Assembly (NCBI GenBank): GCA_965202585.1 | Contig: OZ241828.1 | Coordinates: 20,088,001 to 20,152,000 of the forward strand | DNA length: 64,000 nucleotides | Origin: Thalia democratica | Taxonomy: Eukaryota | Direction of reading: 5' to 3' | Shown: positions 42,265-54,357 of the stretch, piece after piece | Position numbering within the stretch: position 1 is the first letter of the stretch | Layout: each line of letters opens with the position of its first letter | Made by a program: the position numbers and the translations under genes | Notes under the pieces: model-generated | The model's database searches: none | What the model saw: only the letters and a program-made list of their open reading frames with translations | Told to the model about the DNA's origin: nothing

Positions 42265-45200
42265 TTAATTTCTAGGAATTCCGGCGACAACAGATTCCTC
42301 GATACCGCAGTGGTTTGATCCCCTCAATATTTTGAAGTAGCCATGGTCACCCCAATCTGTGTTCCAGCTATTTGCTACTAACCTGTGAATTATAAACAAA
42401 CTTAAAAGTAAATATTTTCAAATTAATTAAAGATACGTAAAAATACTTATAATAAAGAAATATAATTTATTAAAATTTTTTGTAAACAATAAAAAATAGC
42501 CAGTTTTTTGCTTTGTTATTTAAATACCAAAAACAATAAATAATATAATAAAAATATTAACCAGTATTTAGTTCCATCTTCAACTCCCCATCCCAAAATA
42601 CGGATAGCGTGTCCTCCCAAGAAGTCCCCGGTAGTGTGTTGGTAAACTCCTGCGAAAAAGTTAAAATTTATCTTATTTATTGACCCTTATAGCCTCTTTA
42701 TATATAAGAAGTAAGAATTATATAGGTCTCAGGTTTGCACAAATATTCTCAAGTTGATTTTGAAGCCTATAAATATAAATAAAAAAGTTAAATCGTAGCA
42801 TAATAAACTTAACACCTGTGCTTAATCTTTACATTCATAGTTCTAAAAAGCTAGCTAATAATACTTTCAATTTTTTATCAGTGTAAATATAAACTATTCT
42901 TAATTCAACATGCATATAGCTAAATATGAAAAATGATAGAGTAACCATTTGTACGGATAACTTTGACTTATAATATGCGAATTCTTAAAAATATTTCCTA
43001 ACCCTTTTTCTTAAAATCGTAGATATAGTTCTTAAACTAAATTTTAAACCCTAACTTTTACTTATAATCTAACTGTAAAATTACTCGGAATTTTGATCTT
43101 CAAGAGTAATATGTTAACCTAATCCACAAAAAAAAAATGTGCAAGAGTCCACTGAAATTTTTTATACACTTTCTTTATTTTAGCATTTAATATATACTAT
43201 AGACATGTTAAAACGAACCAGATTTGTAAGTAGGGAAATCACTGTATACACTGAAAGCTTTTTCTAAATAAATAAATACTAAAAGAAATATAACTAGCCA
43301 GATTTATAAGTAGGTAAGTCACTATAAACACTAAAAGCTCCTTGGAAATTAATAAATATTTAAATAAACAACATAACTAGATTATAAACTAATATGTTAT
43401 TTATTCAATTTGAATAGATAAATACAAGAAACAAACCAGATTTGTAAGTAGGGAAATCACTGTATACACTGAAAGCTCCTTCTACAGGTCCGTTCTTAAT
43501 AATTTCCATCTGAATATCAAGCTCTGAATTGGGCAGACTGTAAGAGTGATCTCCGTAATACTTGTCATGGTGATAGTTGATTTGCTTGTTGCCCTCGCAA
43601 CGATGCCTGCATTTCGGAGTGGGGATTTCACCGCTACAATTTTGCCTTTTTCCTGTTTGGAGTGTTAAGTGTTGTAAGGCAGTAATTAAATTGAAAATTA
43701 GTTAGTTAGTTACAAAAAGTTTAAAAATTTCGTTAAAAATTTAATTTATCATTTCAATAAATTTCCATAGTATGATGTTATACAATTTTTTCTATATATT
43801 TTATTACTTATTAAGTTTAAAGTATTTTTAAATACCACAATCTAAAAAACAACATACATGTAAAATATAGACAATATAAGTCTATTTAAAGCAAACAAAT
43901 ACAAAGTACTTCAACAATCTTAATAAACATTTATTAGAAAATGTACGTTTTAACTACTCATTTCATTGAATAGATGTCTAACCAATATATAGCAAAAAAC
44001 TTTTTTTTATTTAATCTCTTTTTATAAAAATAATTTACATTGCTAAAAATAAAGACAAACTTAAAACTTAAGTAAACTAAACAACGATTATTTTATAGCT
44101 ATTAGTCTAAGATCTAGGCTATGGAGTAAATATGTTATTACTAGATTTTTGTACTTTAAAACATTTTAGCACACAAAATCTGTAATGACAATAATTATAA
44201 AACTCAACTTGAGCAAATTTACACTTACAGGCAAAATTCAATAGTTATAACTTAAATTTAGGATTATTTCATTTAGTATTATAAGAAGTAAATTAGTGAT
44301 TTTAAGTTGTATAAAACAATTTATTCTAACTTTACTTTATGTTTTTAATAACATTAAAAAGTTTATCTTGTATTTTAATACTTAATTTCAAGCTTTTTAA
44401 AAAATTCAAAGCAATTTGTAAATAGCCACAATTAAAAATTAGTTAGTATAAGTAAAAGGAAGTTACTAATCATTTTGAAATAAACATTAATCACAAATTT
44501 CTAATTGTGGTGTAACAAGTTTAATACTTACCATGAGTTGTCATATTTCAATCTAAGGAAGTGAATTTTAAAAGCTTCTATCTCTAACACATTTTTATTA
44601 AATATTTTTAGTAAACTTATAAACTTTTTAAACGGATAAATTAAAAAAAATTTTGAAAAATAAAATCTTAGGTAAATTTAGTTTTTATTTAAATTCTGAA
44701 AAAATTCAACATATTTGTCATTGTGTAAACTATTTAGTAGATTATTTTGTAAGTAAACGTACATGATATGAATTATGTTTTACATAATATTTTCAGAAGT
44801 TTAAAACTGATAAAAAACTACTAACTTAATATAATAAAAAATATAAATAGCTTGTTATCACAAACTTTTTATAACTTAATCACATAAAATCTAGTTTACG
44901 GGAGTTTATTATGCTACACTCAAAATAATAAATCATAAAATTTTCTTATCAAAAAAACCTTGACAAGTAATAAATTTATATTTGGCTAAAATAGTAGTGA
45001 ACGATATTTTTTTATTAAAAATAAATATTTTAAAATATAAACATACTGTTTTGTTAAGTAAGAAATGTTATTTTTACGTTTAAGTTGATAAAAACAAAAG
45101 GTTGTTTAAAAACCAAGTAGTTGTAAAAGTATTTTGCTCAGTATATGTATATACTACAAAACTAAGTTGTTTTGAAAATAAAATATAGCTCTTGTACCTA

Positions 45201-48200
45201 TAAAGTTCAAACAACAATGCTCAAAAATTTTAAACTTTATCAACATTAAACTACTTAACATTTCATTATACACGTTTTTAGAGAAATTTACGAAATGCTA
45301 ATATTATAAAGATACTTATACAGCTATAAAATGTTTGGCTAAAAGAAGTAGTAACTTTAATGAACTATATAATAGTATTTAAACTATTTTACCTATAAAC
45401 TACAACGAAGAATATTTAAAATAATTAAACTTTTAAGCATTAAACTACTTAACATTTCATTACACACAAATTTAAAGGTTGACCAAAACCAAATCTAATG
45501 AACAAGATATTATAATTTTTGATAACAAAAATAAAAAAATAGTTTTAAATGTCAAAACTTCTACAATTTTTAATTAATTAAATATTACATTAAAATATAA
45601 ATGTGGTCTACCAAAATTCAAAACAAACAAAATGTTTGAATACATTTGAAGTATGTTTATTTAAATGTTGAATAATGACACTTATGAAAGTAATCACATG
45701 ATTTTTGTATTGTTTTTCTTTATATTGCAATGTTCAAAATTTTAAAATCAGATATTTTGAAGATTAAGCAAAACTAATGGGACTTAATTAAATATTTTAA
45801 TAAAAAAATATCACATGATATTTCAATGTTTTCTTATGTGTTGCAACATTTGACATAAGATAATCAGAACTTTCGTACAAGTAAAATTAGCAGATTTTAA
45901 TAAAAAAAATTATTACAAAAGTTAGCACATGATTTTTTTACTGTTTCCTATACTGCAATATGTGACGTAATATATTGTAAATTTTTTACATTAAGCAATA
46001 TTTGGTAAACTTAAATAAAATTATTTTAAAACTAAGAATTAAGCTTTTGATTGTTAAATATTTGTTATGTTATGATTATTTAGTTTTGTGGTTTAAAAAG
46101 TATAAAATTTTGTATATTAGGCGTTAATCATTTTCTCTTTATACCGTTCAAAAATTAAACTTTTTAACTTACAGAAAATACTGAATTACACATAAATGCT
46201 CATTTTGAACTTTATACTTCTTATTATACATACAGGGTTGCCACTCTTCAAGCCAAAAAATCTTCCCTGAGTGACCAAAAATTTCCCTGAGTAACCTTAA
46301 ATTTCCCTGAGTTTCCCTGAGTATTTTTCAAATCTTAAAAACAATTTTTTCTCTTCTAACACAAATTATTAATACCTCATTCTCATTTTTCTTCTTTAAT
46401 AATAAAAGGAAGGTTGTATGTGTATGCTTCTGCATTAAATTTATGAAAAAAACTGTTTTCAAAAACTCAATCTTAAAAGGTTTAAACCAATTAAAAATTA
46501 AAAACTAAATTTTTGCACAACTTTGTGTAAACTTGTTAGTTAACTTTCTACATAAAAGAATAAAGTTTAATTTGTTTGACATTTTAATTGACAAAATTTA
46601 ATTATACTATAATAATAATTTCACATGAAGAACTCACTTAAATGCATACATAATAACTTCATTATGACTTGTATGTCTTTCCTAGCAACTGTTCTGAATG
46701 CAGTAAATAAAACTTAAAAGCTTAACATTATTGTAAAAAAACTTGCAAAAAGAAAGTTTAAAGAAATAGCTAAAGAAATATCTCATATCAAAGTACAACT
46801 TAATACCTAACAACTGACACAAAATAATCTAAAATTAATTTTTTTTTATGTCTTTTAGATGTTCATACACAATCTATTTTAAATAACTGAAAAAATAATT
46901 TTGATTTTAAAACAATTTCACATTACCTAATAAAAAAATCTTAATACTGTTTTTTTAAGTATGCAATTTCTAAATCAATAGTTTAAATTTTATTTTCAAG
47001 TTTATTTGCGTTGTCCTTAGCAGCTATTCCTCTTGCTAATAATTCTTTCATTGCTTCTAAATCAGACTGTTTGTTGGCATCTGCAGTATATTTGTCATAG
47101 TCTTCATTCAAACATTTGAGTTGCTTTGTAAGTTTACTTTTTTGTTATCCTAACTTGCTCAAAGCATCACCTTTATTTAGAACATTTTTAGCAAAGCGCT
47201 GTTGCTCAAGATATGCCAAATATTAGGCCCTAGAAGATTTTACAAGTTTTAACAATTCAGAACTTAGTTCAACTGTGCTTGGTTCTAGACTGTTTGCATA
47301 TAGATGATCTTTGATCATTCTTCGGGACCTTATTGTCATCTCTCCCATATTAGTTGATATTACTTCCTTATTTAAGCTAAAGCCCCGTTCAACACTTGCC
47401 TGGCCATTGTTAAGCACAAAAACAGCCTCAAGGACTCTTGTTAAATCTTTATACTTGCTTGGGATATCGAGTGTGTCAAAATAAAAGGTGTCTAAACTGT
47501 GACTTTTTTCAAGAAAATTTTCAAAAAGTATTTGAGTGTTAGAAGAACTTAACAAATCAATGTATTGATTAATGATGTCATCACCCTCTTTTGCTTTTAG
47601 TATCTTCATGCTGACAAGTTTTTGGACCAACCTTGTAAAGTTTCTGACACAACGGTCTTTACCCATTCCAATTAGACATGCCAGATTTAAAACAGCAGCC
47701 CTTCTTAAAAAGTTCAAACCAACAGTCATTCTTGTTTTAATTTTTTTTATTATAGCAAATATAAAAAGTTTACATTCATTGTGAAATGACTTGAACAAAA
47801 TGTTAGAAACTTTACCTTGATTTAGCAAATCTTGAATTAAAGTAGAAGCAGCACAATACAGAAGAAACTACATAAGTAACTAAAAATAAAAAGTTTATTA
47901 GAACTTTTCAATGAATAGTTAACAACAACTTTCATTTCTCTAAACTGTTTGATTTTACTTAAGTAAATATAAATTTAAAACTTAAAAAAACTACAATGTT
48001 AATACTAAGAATATTGAAGAACTAGCCGCAAGGCTAAAAAAATTCTAAATAACCACTTAAATAATAAAAATTACTACTTTTGAACAAAATATTGAAACTG
48101 GATTAACTAAACCTCATTCTAGATCTAGAAAAAAAATTTCCCTGAGATTTTCAAAAACCTCCCTGAAATTTAGAGAAAAAATCAAAACTTCCCTGAGTTT

Positions 48201-51200
48201 CCCTGAGTTAAAAGAAAAATGCCAAAATTCCCTGAGTTTTCCTGAGATTCCCTGAGTTTCCCTGAGATTTTCTACAGTTTGAAAATTCCCTGAGATTTCC
48301 TGAGTTCCCTGAGTTCCCTGAGTGTGTGGCAACCCTGTACATAAGATTTTGCATAACATGTATTTTAATAATTGTAATTTATTAATTTCTCAATTGTACT
48401 TAAACAATATTTTTAAACAATAGTTATTTTAAACCAGGTATTTTGTTTAATAAAAAATTATAACTGGGTTGTTTTTTTACACAGTTTTTAGAATACAAGC
48501 CACACTCTATGAGCTGTTTTGTAAACTAGATTTTAAATGTTTTTAAACAAGCTTGTTCATATGGTTAACAAATTGTTTTACCAACTATATGCTACAACTA
48601 TGCTTATCAGGATGTTTTAACAACATTTGTAATATAAAAAATTTTGGTATAAAGTTTTGAAAGATTTTGTTTTGTAATATAGTAAGAAAAAGTGTGAGTA
48701 CTTAACTCTTAGTTTAACACAATTAATTTTTATTTACAACAAGTAAAAATTTAAAACAATATTATTTTTATATCAATTTGAAAAAATAGCATATACAGTA
48801 AACAAGTTGTCTATTTTTTAAAATACAATAATAAATGACAGAACAATTATTTATTTTGTAAATTAGAGCAATATTTGATTTTTAATTAACCTGAGGATTA
48901 CATGTTTGACAACATATTTTATAAACGCGTTAAATTAAAAATACATATGTAACATGCGTATTCTTAAAAGCATTTTAAATTGGTGAAAATACAACTTGAA
49001 GTTTACTAGAAACTTTTAAATTGAAGCTTTTTATCAATTTTCTTGTACAACAATTAACTTAACCTACTATTAAGAACGGTTAAAATAATTTTCACAAAAA
49101 TATTAACAATTTTTCTGAAATTTTTAAAGCTTATACATAAACACTATTACAAAAACAAATAACCAACTTTAATTGTAAAAAATATTATTTTTTTGTTTTT
49201 TAAGTTTTTATGTACCTTCCAAGAATAAAATTTTAAATGAACGTATTTACATCATGTTTTGAAATATAACGTTTTTCCATTACCGTAAAACTAGTTTGCT
49301 ATTATTACGTATTATACAGAATAAAAATTATTTGTCAGCAAATGAAAGTTGTTGTTTAAAAATTATATTTAACTAATCCTTTATAAGCGAAAATATACTT
49401 ATAAAAGTTTTACGAAACAATAAATCGCTACTCAAAGCAATTAAAATTCTATTGAGCAATCAATATGTTTGAACTTATTTAACTTGTTGCAAAAGTTTAT
49501 TGCTTTATTTTTCGATTTATTATTTTGTTTATTGTGAACCATAAGTGTCTGTAGTTTGAAAAAACTTTAAGAAACATTACTGTAAATAAATCAATAAAAC
49601 TAGGACTTTTATTTTAAAACAGCTACTAAGAAACGGGTTTTAACTAAAGCTACACATTAATCTACTACTTTTTTATGGATTTTATTTTTCCAAATTAACT
49701 GTTACTATATTGTTTTAAAATGACTATAACTGAAATAGTAGTTGCCGCACAATTGGAAGAGCATTACATTTAAGTTAAGTCAAAAATCGTATATATACTT
49801 GTTACATTTGTTATACATGTGAATTTTTTAAATTTTAGGAAATCTTTTTTTAATAATGAACTTAGTAAAAATAAAACTACAAATAGTGTTGTAAATGAAG
49901 ATGGTAAAAAAGTCCCTGGAAAAACAACTTTTATACTCAAAATTACTCAACAACTCAAATTTAGTCTGAAGTTAATAAAATATAAAAATTTAGACCAGCG
50001 TTTCTAAAGTGTTTGACATTATCCCCTTTGGAATTAGCTATCAGAAATCAACAACTAGTAAGATGCTATTAGTAAATGGGTAATTAAGTAGCAAAGTGGT
50101 AGATATTTAATAAGGTGTGTTGAGTCATTATGTGTCACCAGATACCGCGGTGAATGTAATAAAATCCCCCAAATGAAAACAACTTACCAGGTACGTGATG
50201 TTCACATGGGGGTATTATATAGGGTTGGCATGTTTTAGTGTCCCCATAAAGTCCACCAGATACCAGTCCGTGGTGAACCCAATACTTCCATGCGCTGCCA
50301 GGCCATCCTCCGTCGCAACTGTGTGGAAATAAAATAATCAAAAAAGTATATAATTGCTCTTAAAGGAAAATGAAAGTCGAACTAATATTACAAATATATT
50401 GTATGCCATAATCGAGCTTATACACTAATGAATACTTGAATTTACAAAGTAATTCATAACAATAATATAGAAAATGTAAAACTCATGTAGTTAAGTTAAT
50501 TATATTGCACAATTTTTTAAAGATTTATCTGTATAGGCTAAAATAAATTACCCATTTGATGATCATGGTGATTTGCATGTATCATGTTTACGAGAGAAAA
50601 TACATCTAAATTAAGCACTGTAATTACAACGAAACAAAACAATTTATTCATTTGAAACTAAAGCAACATAACCAAATAAATTAAGAAAAAAATATATAAT
50701 AAAAAACAAAACATACCCATCCCCGCACCAGAACCCGCAGCAGGTCAACAGATCTTCAGATGAAATTTCAACGTTGATCTTACCTCTGCTGTGGACACAT
50801 ATCCTGTCACTAATTGCTTCCACGGCACCGAACGCCCAACATGATCCGCATGATCCCTGTGTTAAAAGTGTGGTTAGACTAAAAACGACCATAATGTTAC
50901 TTATTACCACGTGTTTTTTAACAAATTCTATCGTAAATGGTCTGTTTTTGAATACACTATGCAACAATGAGTATTTTACACTTGATATTAAATTAAGCCA
51001 GAATTTAAATTAAGCATGTATTGCGAGATTTATATAATTAACATATATTGTCTAAAATACAACAAACATTAAAGACACACAGAAATTTACTAGCTTTCAC
51101 AGTCTAAGTAATCATAATTATTAATGTTGAACAGTTCTAGCTTCTATTAAGTTTAGGTTTGTATGCATGACTTATAAAGAAAAAGAAAAATTTACATTTT

Positions 51201-52347
51201 ATGATGTTTACTTAGTGATGAAAAACATTCGTTTATACTAGTCTAATAAGTTCCAATTTTTTACAAAACAATCAGTTTTAAAGCCCAGTTCAATACAAAA
51301 GTGCTAATTATATAAGTCCTTATCAAACTGTTATAGAATTGTAATAACTAACCTGGTCTCTAATTTCACTGATAGTTGTGCAATTTGGCCAATTTTCTCT
51401 GGAGTCAAAGTTTTCAGGTAATTCCAGCATTCCGAATTTCAACTTGTGACTCCTGAAACAAAAACAAATAATAATTAAGTATGTAGGTTTGTATGTAAAA
51501 TAAAAATCCAGGCCACAAAAACTTAAATTACAACTTCAGTTTTTTTTTCTAACGTAATATAGAAGTAGTATGTATATATAGTAGTATGTAATAAAAATCA
51601 ATTTATTAAAAAGTTTAGATTTATTTACTGGTACAGTTTAAGTAGGTACTTAGTCTACGTTTATATTTTAATTTAAAAAACATTAGAAGCTTTACTTTTT
51701 TTCTTTAAAATTAAACACAAAGGTTATATAAAAACTCAGATTTTTTATAAAAAACTAAAAAAAATTCATTTACTTCAAAGGAAGTTTAAATCCTCCATCC
51801 AATTTAGCTCCACACAATCTCTTTAAATCTTCAGGTTTGTAAAAATTCGGGTCGAAATTGTGGGCTGCCTGTAAACATAAAACTGAGTTAAAAAAAAATA
51901 ATACAATCAAACTATTTAGCTTGGCTGCTTTGAAAAATGTCTTTTTTTGTACATTAGTTATTAACTACAAACAGGTCATATTTTCATAACAGCATAATGT
52001 TATTAAATAGAAAGGTATATAATAAAATAGTTTAGTATATTTTCAAAAGATATATTTTGTTTGAAACATGTTTGAAACATTAAACTGTAAAACACTTTTA
52101 TTAGGTCATATTTAAACTTTAAAATATAACTATTACATTTAAAACCCCCACCATTAAGTAATAAACTTCATTAAAAACTATTTAAGATATCAAATGTTTT
52201 TATTAGTAAGTAATAAACAAAACATACCTTCCAAGTAGATTTGGGGTTACTGTTGATATGTTCAACAATTGAATGAAAAGTGTCAAAACTATTGCAGTTT
52301 GCTATGTAAGCAAGTTGAACTAACAACAATGTTGTTGCTAATTTCAT
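42265..52347 (-). CDS. CTSB: Cathepsin B (papain-family C1A cysteine protease), complete, 8 coding exons, 335 aa
   Basis: Exons 52347-52228, 51868-51774, 51452-51353, 50856-50717, 50318-50188, 43652-43437, 42649-42562, 42382-42265; all GT-AG and phase-consistent. Signal peptide, [11 protein letters not shown] (catalytic Cys), occluding loop [17 protein letters not shown] (His), NSWNTDWG (Asn). Confidence 0.97.
43219..43340 (-). repeat. Two intronic copies of the 3' end of cathepsin B exon 6, each with its own acceptor and donor (45 and 42 nt)
   Basis: 43219-43263 tttag|AAAAAGCT...TCTG|gttcgt; 43299-43340 ccaag|GAGCT...TCTG|gctagt. Confidence 0.9.
46233..48337 (-). mobile_element. Internally deleted hAT-like DNA transposon in cathepsin B intron 5
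   Basis: TIR CAGGGTTGCCA / TGGCAACCCTG, TACATA on both flanks, many subterminal TTCCCTGAG repeats, transposase remnant inside. Confidence 0.85.
47223..47828 (-). pseudogene. C-terminal fragment of a hAT-like transposase
   Basis: [17 protein letters not shown] resembles the S/NAxxERxFS signature of the hAT dimerisation region; the catalytic N-terminal part is missing. Confidence 0.7.
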
Positions 52348-54357
52348 TGTTTATTACTAATATTCTGTTAAAAAATATTAGTTGAATTATAGTATCATGA
52401 TGCGGTAAATACTTTTTATATTAAAGCAAAAGATAAGTTGAACTAAAATAATACTTTTAAAAGATATTTGTATTAAAAACACTCTTAATTTTATAACACA
52501 TTTGAATTTTTATAAAAAGTTCAAATGTTAAAAAAAAATTTTAAGCAATAATACTAACTGAAATCATTCTGGTACAAGGAACTAGTAAAACTTTTAGCAA
52601 CAATTTTTTGTGGTAGATCACTAAATAAAAAAATGTTTTGGTATTGCAAACTTTTAAAGCACTTTAAAGCTATAACACAGATGTGCAACTAATATTGTGT
52701 AACGTTTTATCAAATAACAATTACAGTAGTTTAAATATAGAAGTAAAACTAAGACACACATAGTAAAAAAATAAAAATAAGACACACATGTTAAACAATA
52801 GTGAATAATATATAATAGTGAATGGTATATAATAAAAAATGTGTAAAATAAGACTAAATGTGCTTGATAGTATAAAAATGTGGTAGATAGTAAAAACTGA
52901 ATGAAAGTTATATTTTGAATGTTGTAAATATTAAGAAGCATAATGTACAATGCAGCAAAAAGTAACTTAAAATAATACTTAAAATATTTACAAATCAATA
53001 AATCTGAAAAACGTATTTATACAATAAAAAATTAGTTATTAATAATAGTTGTTTTATACACAATATATACAGAAGTAAGCTTATAAACCATCTGAATCTT
53101 AAATAGTTACACAATAAAAAGTATATATATACAGAAAATTACAAAGTAGTAAAAAAATCTGAAAAACTTTCAGTATCTATTTAAATAAAGGCTTAGCTAA
53201 ATAATTACAAATAAAATCTATCTCTGCATAAAAGAAATAAAATAAACGTATTTTAAGTCATAGGATGCTGAAGAATTTTGGCAAAAAAAGCATAAGTTAG
53301 TTCAATTTAAACTATTAATAATAATTATAAAACAACGTATTAGTATTAAAAAACTGAAACAACTGAACTTACTTAATAAACAAACCAATAACACAACATC
53401 ATAATGACTTGAAGCTTTTTCGATTTAACCACAAGAAATTATAAGAATTACTCATTTGAAAGTAATAAATTATTAAAAATAAAGCTAAGTAGCGCCCATA
53501 AGTGATTAAAAAATTAAACTTTCTTGAACTTCAAGAATAATTTTTTTTTTAACATTTAAATGAAACAAATATTTTTATGTTAAAAATGTAATCATAAACT
53601 GTTAAAATTTTTTAGATATTATTTTTGAGTTAAATTAATTTTGTAGTAAGGTTTTTTAATAATTTTTCAAATTGTTATATTCTAAGCAGAGACTTTTTTT
53701 GGTAAAAATACCCATAAAAAAGTTGTCATGTTTTCTCTTAAGAATTTATTAATTTAATCTTTGTTAATTCTATTAATGCAAGTTATGATGAGCTTTTTAA
53801 CATACTTAATCATAAATTAATATTAAAACCTTAACAAAATAACAACTGAACTAAAAAGAAAGTTATAATTTGATTAAACATCATAGTTGAATTTTTTTTT
53901 GTTTTAACATTCAAACTATTCTTATAATTTCATAAGTATTAGTAACCAGAAAAATGTGCAGAATCTTATTTGATTATTGTCAAGTAAAATATGTTTATAA
54001 AAACTTTACAGAAAGTTTTGTTTGAATGCACCCAATAAAATCATATTGATGCATGTAAAAAAGTTATAAAAGATATACAGAAAGTAAATGCTTAATGAGT
54101 TCAAAGTTATTTCAAAGAAAAAGAATGCTTTTATAAAAGGATTACAGAGCAATTTAAAAACTTTGAAGAAAAATACGTCGGTTTAGTATTTGTTACATTA
54201 TTATTGGAGATCAAAAAAGTTTAAGATCTCTTTCTACTGACATCTCAAGGTCAAAGTTTCGGTATTCAAATACATCAACGGTAAGTTTAAATTTCACCCT
54301 TTCATAAAACTAGTTGTTTTCTGATGGTAACCAAACAATAAGTTTTAAATCTGAACT

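Noticed and set aside
50136-50158. Short intronic match to an internal part of CTSB exon 5 (TTCACCGCG-GTATCTGGTG)
   Set aside because: Too short and gapped, and not at an exon edge; not counted as an echo.
52654-52998. 114-aa hydrophobic ORF
   Set aside because: Product of T-rich intergenic sequence between P5CS and CTSB.
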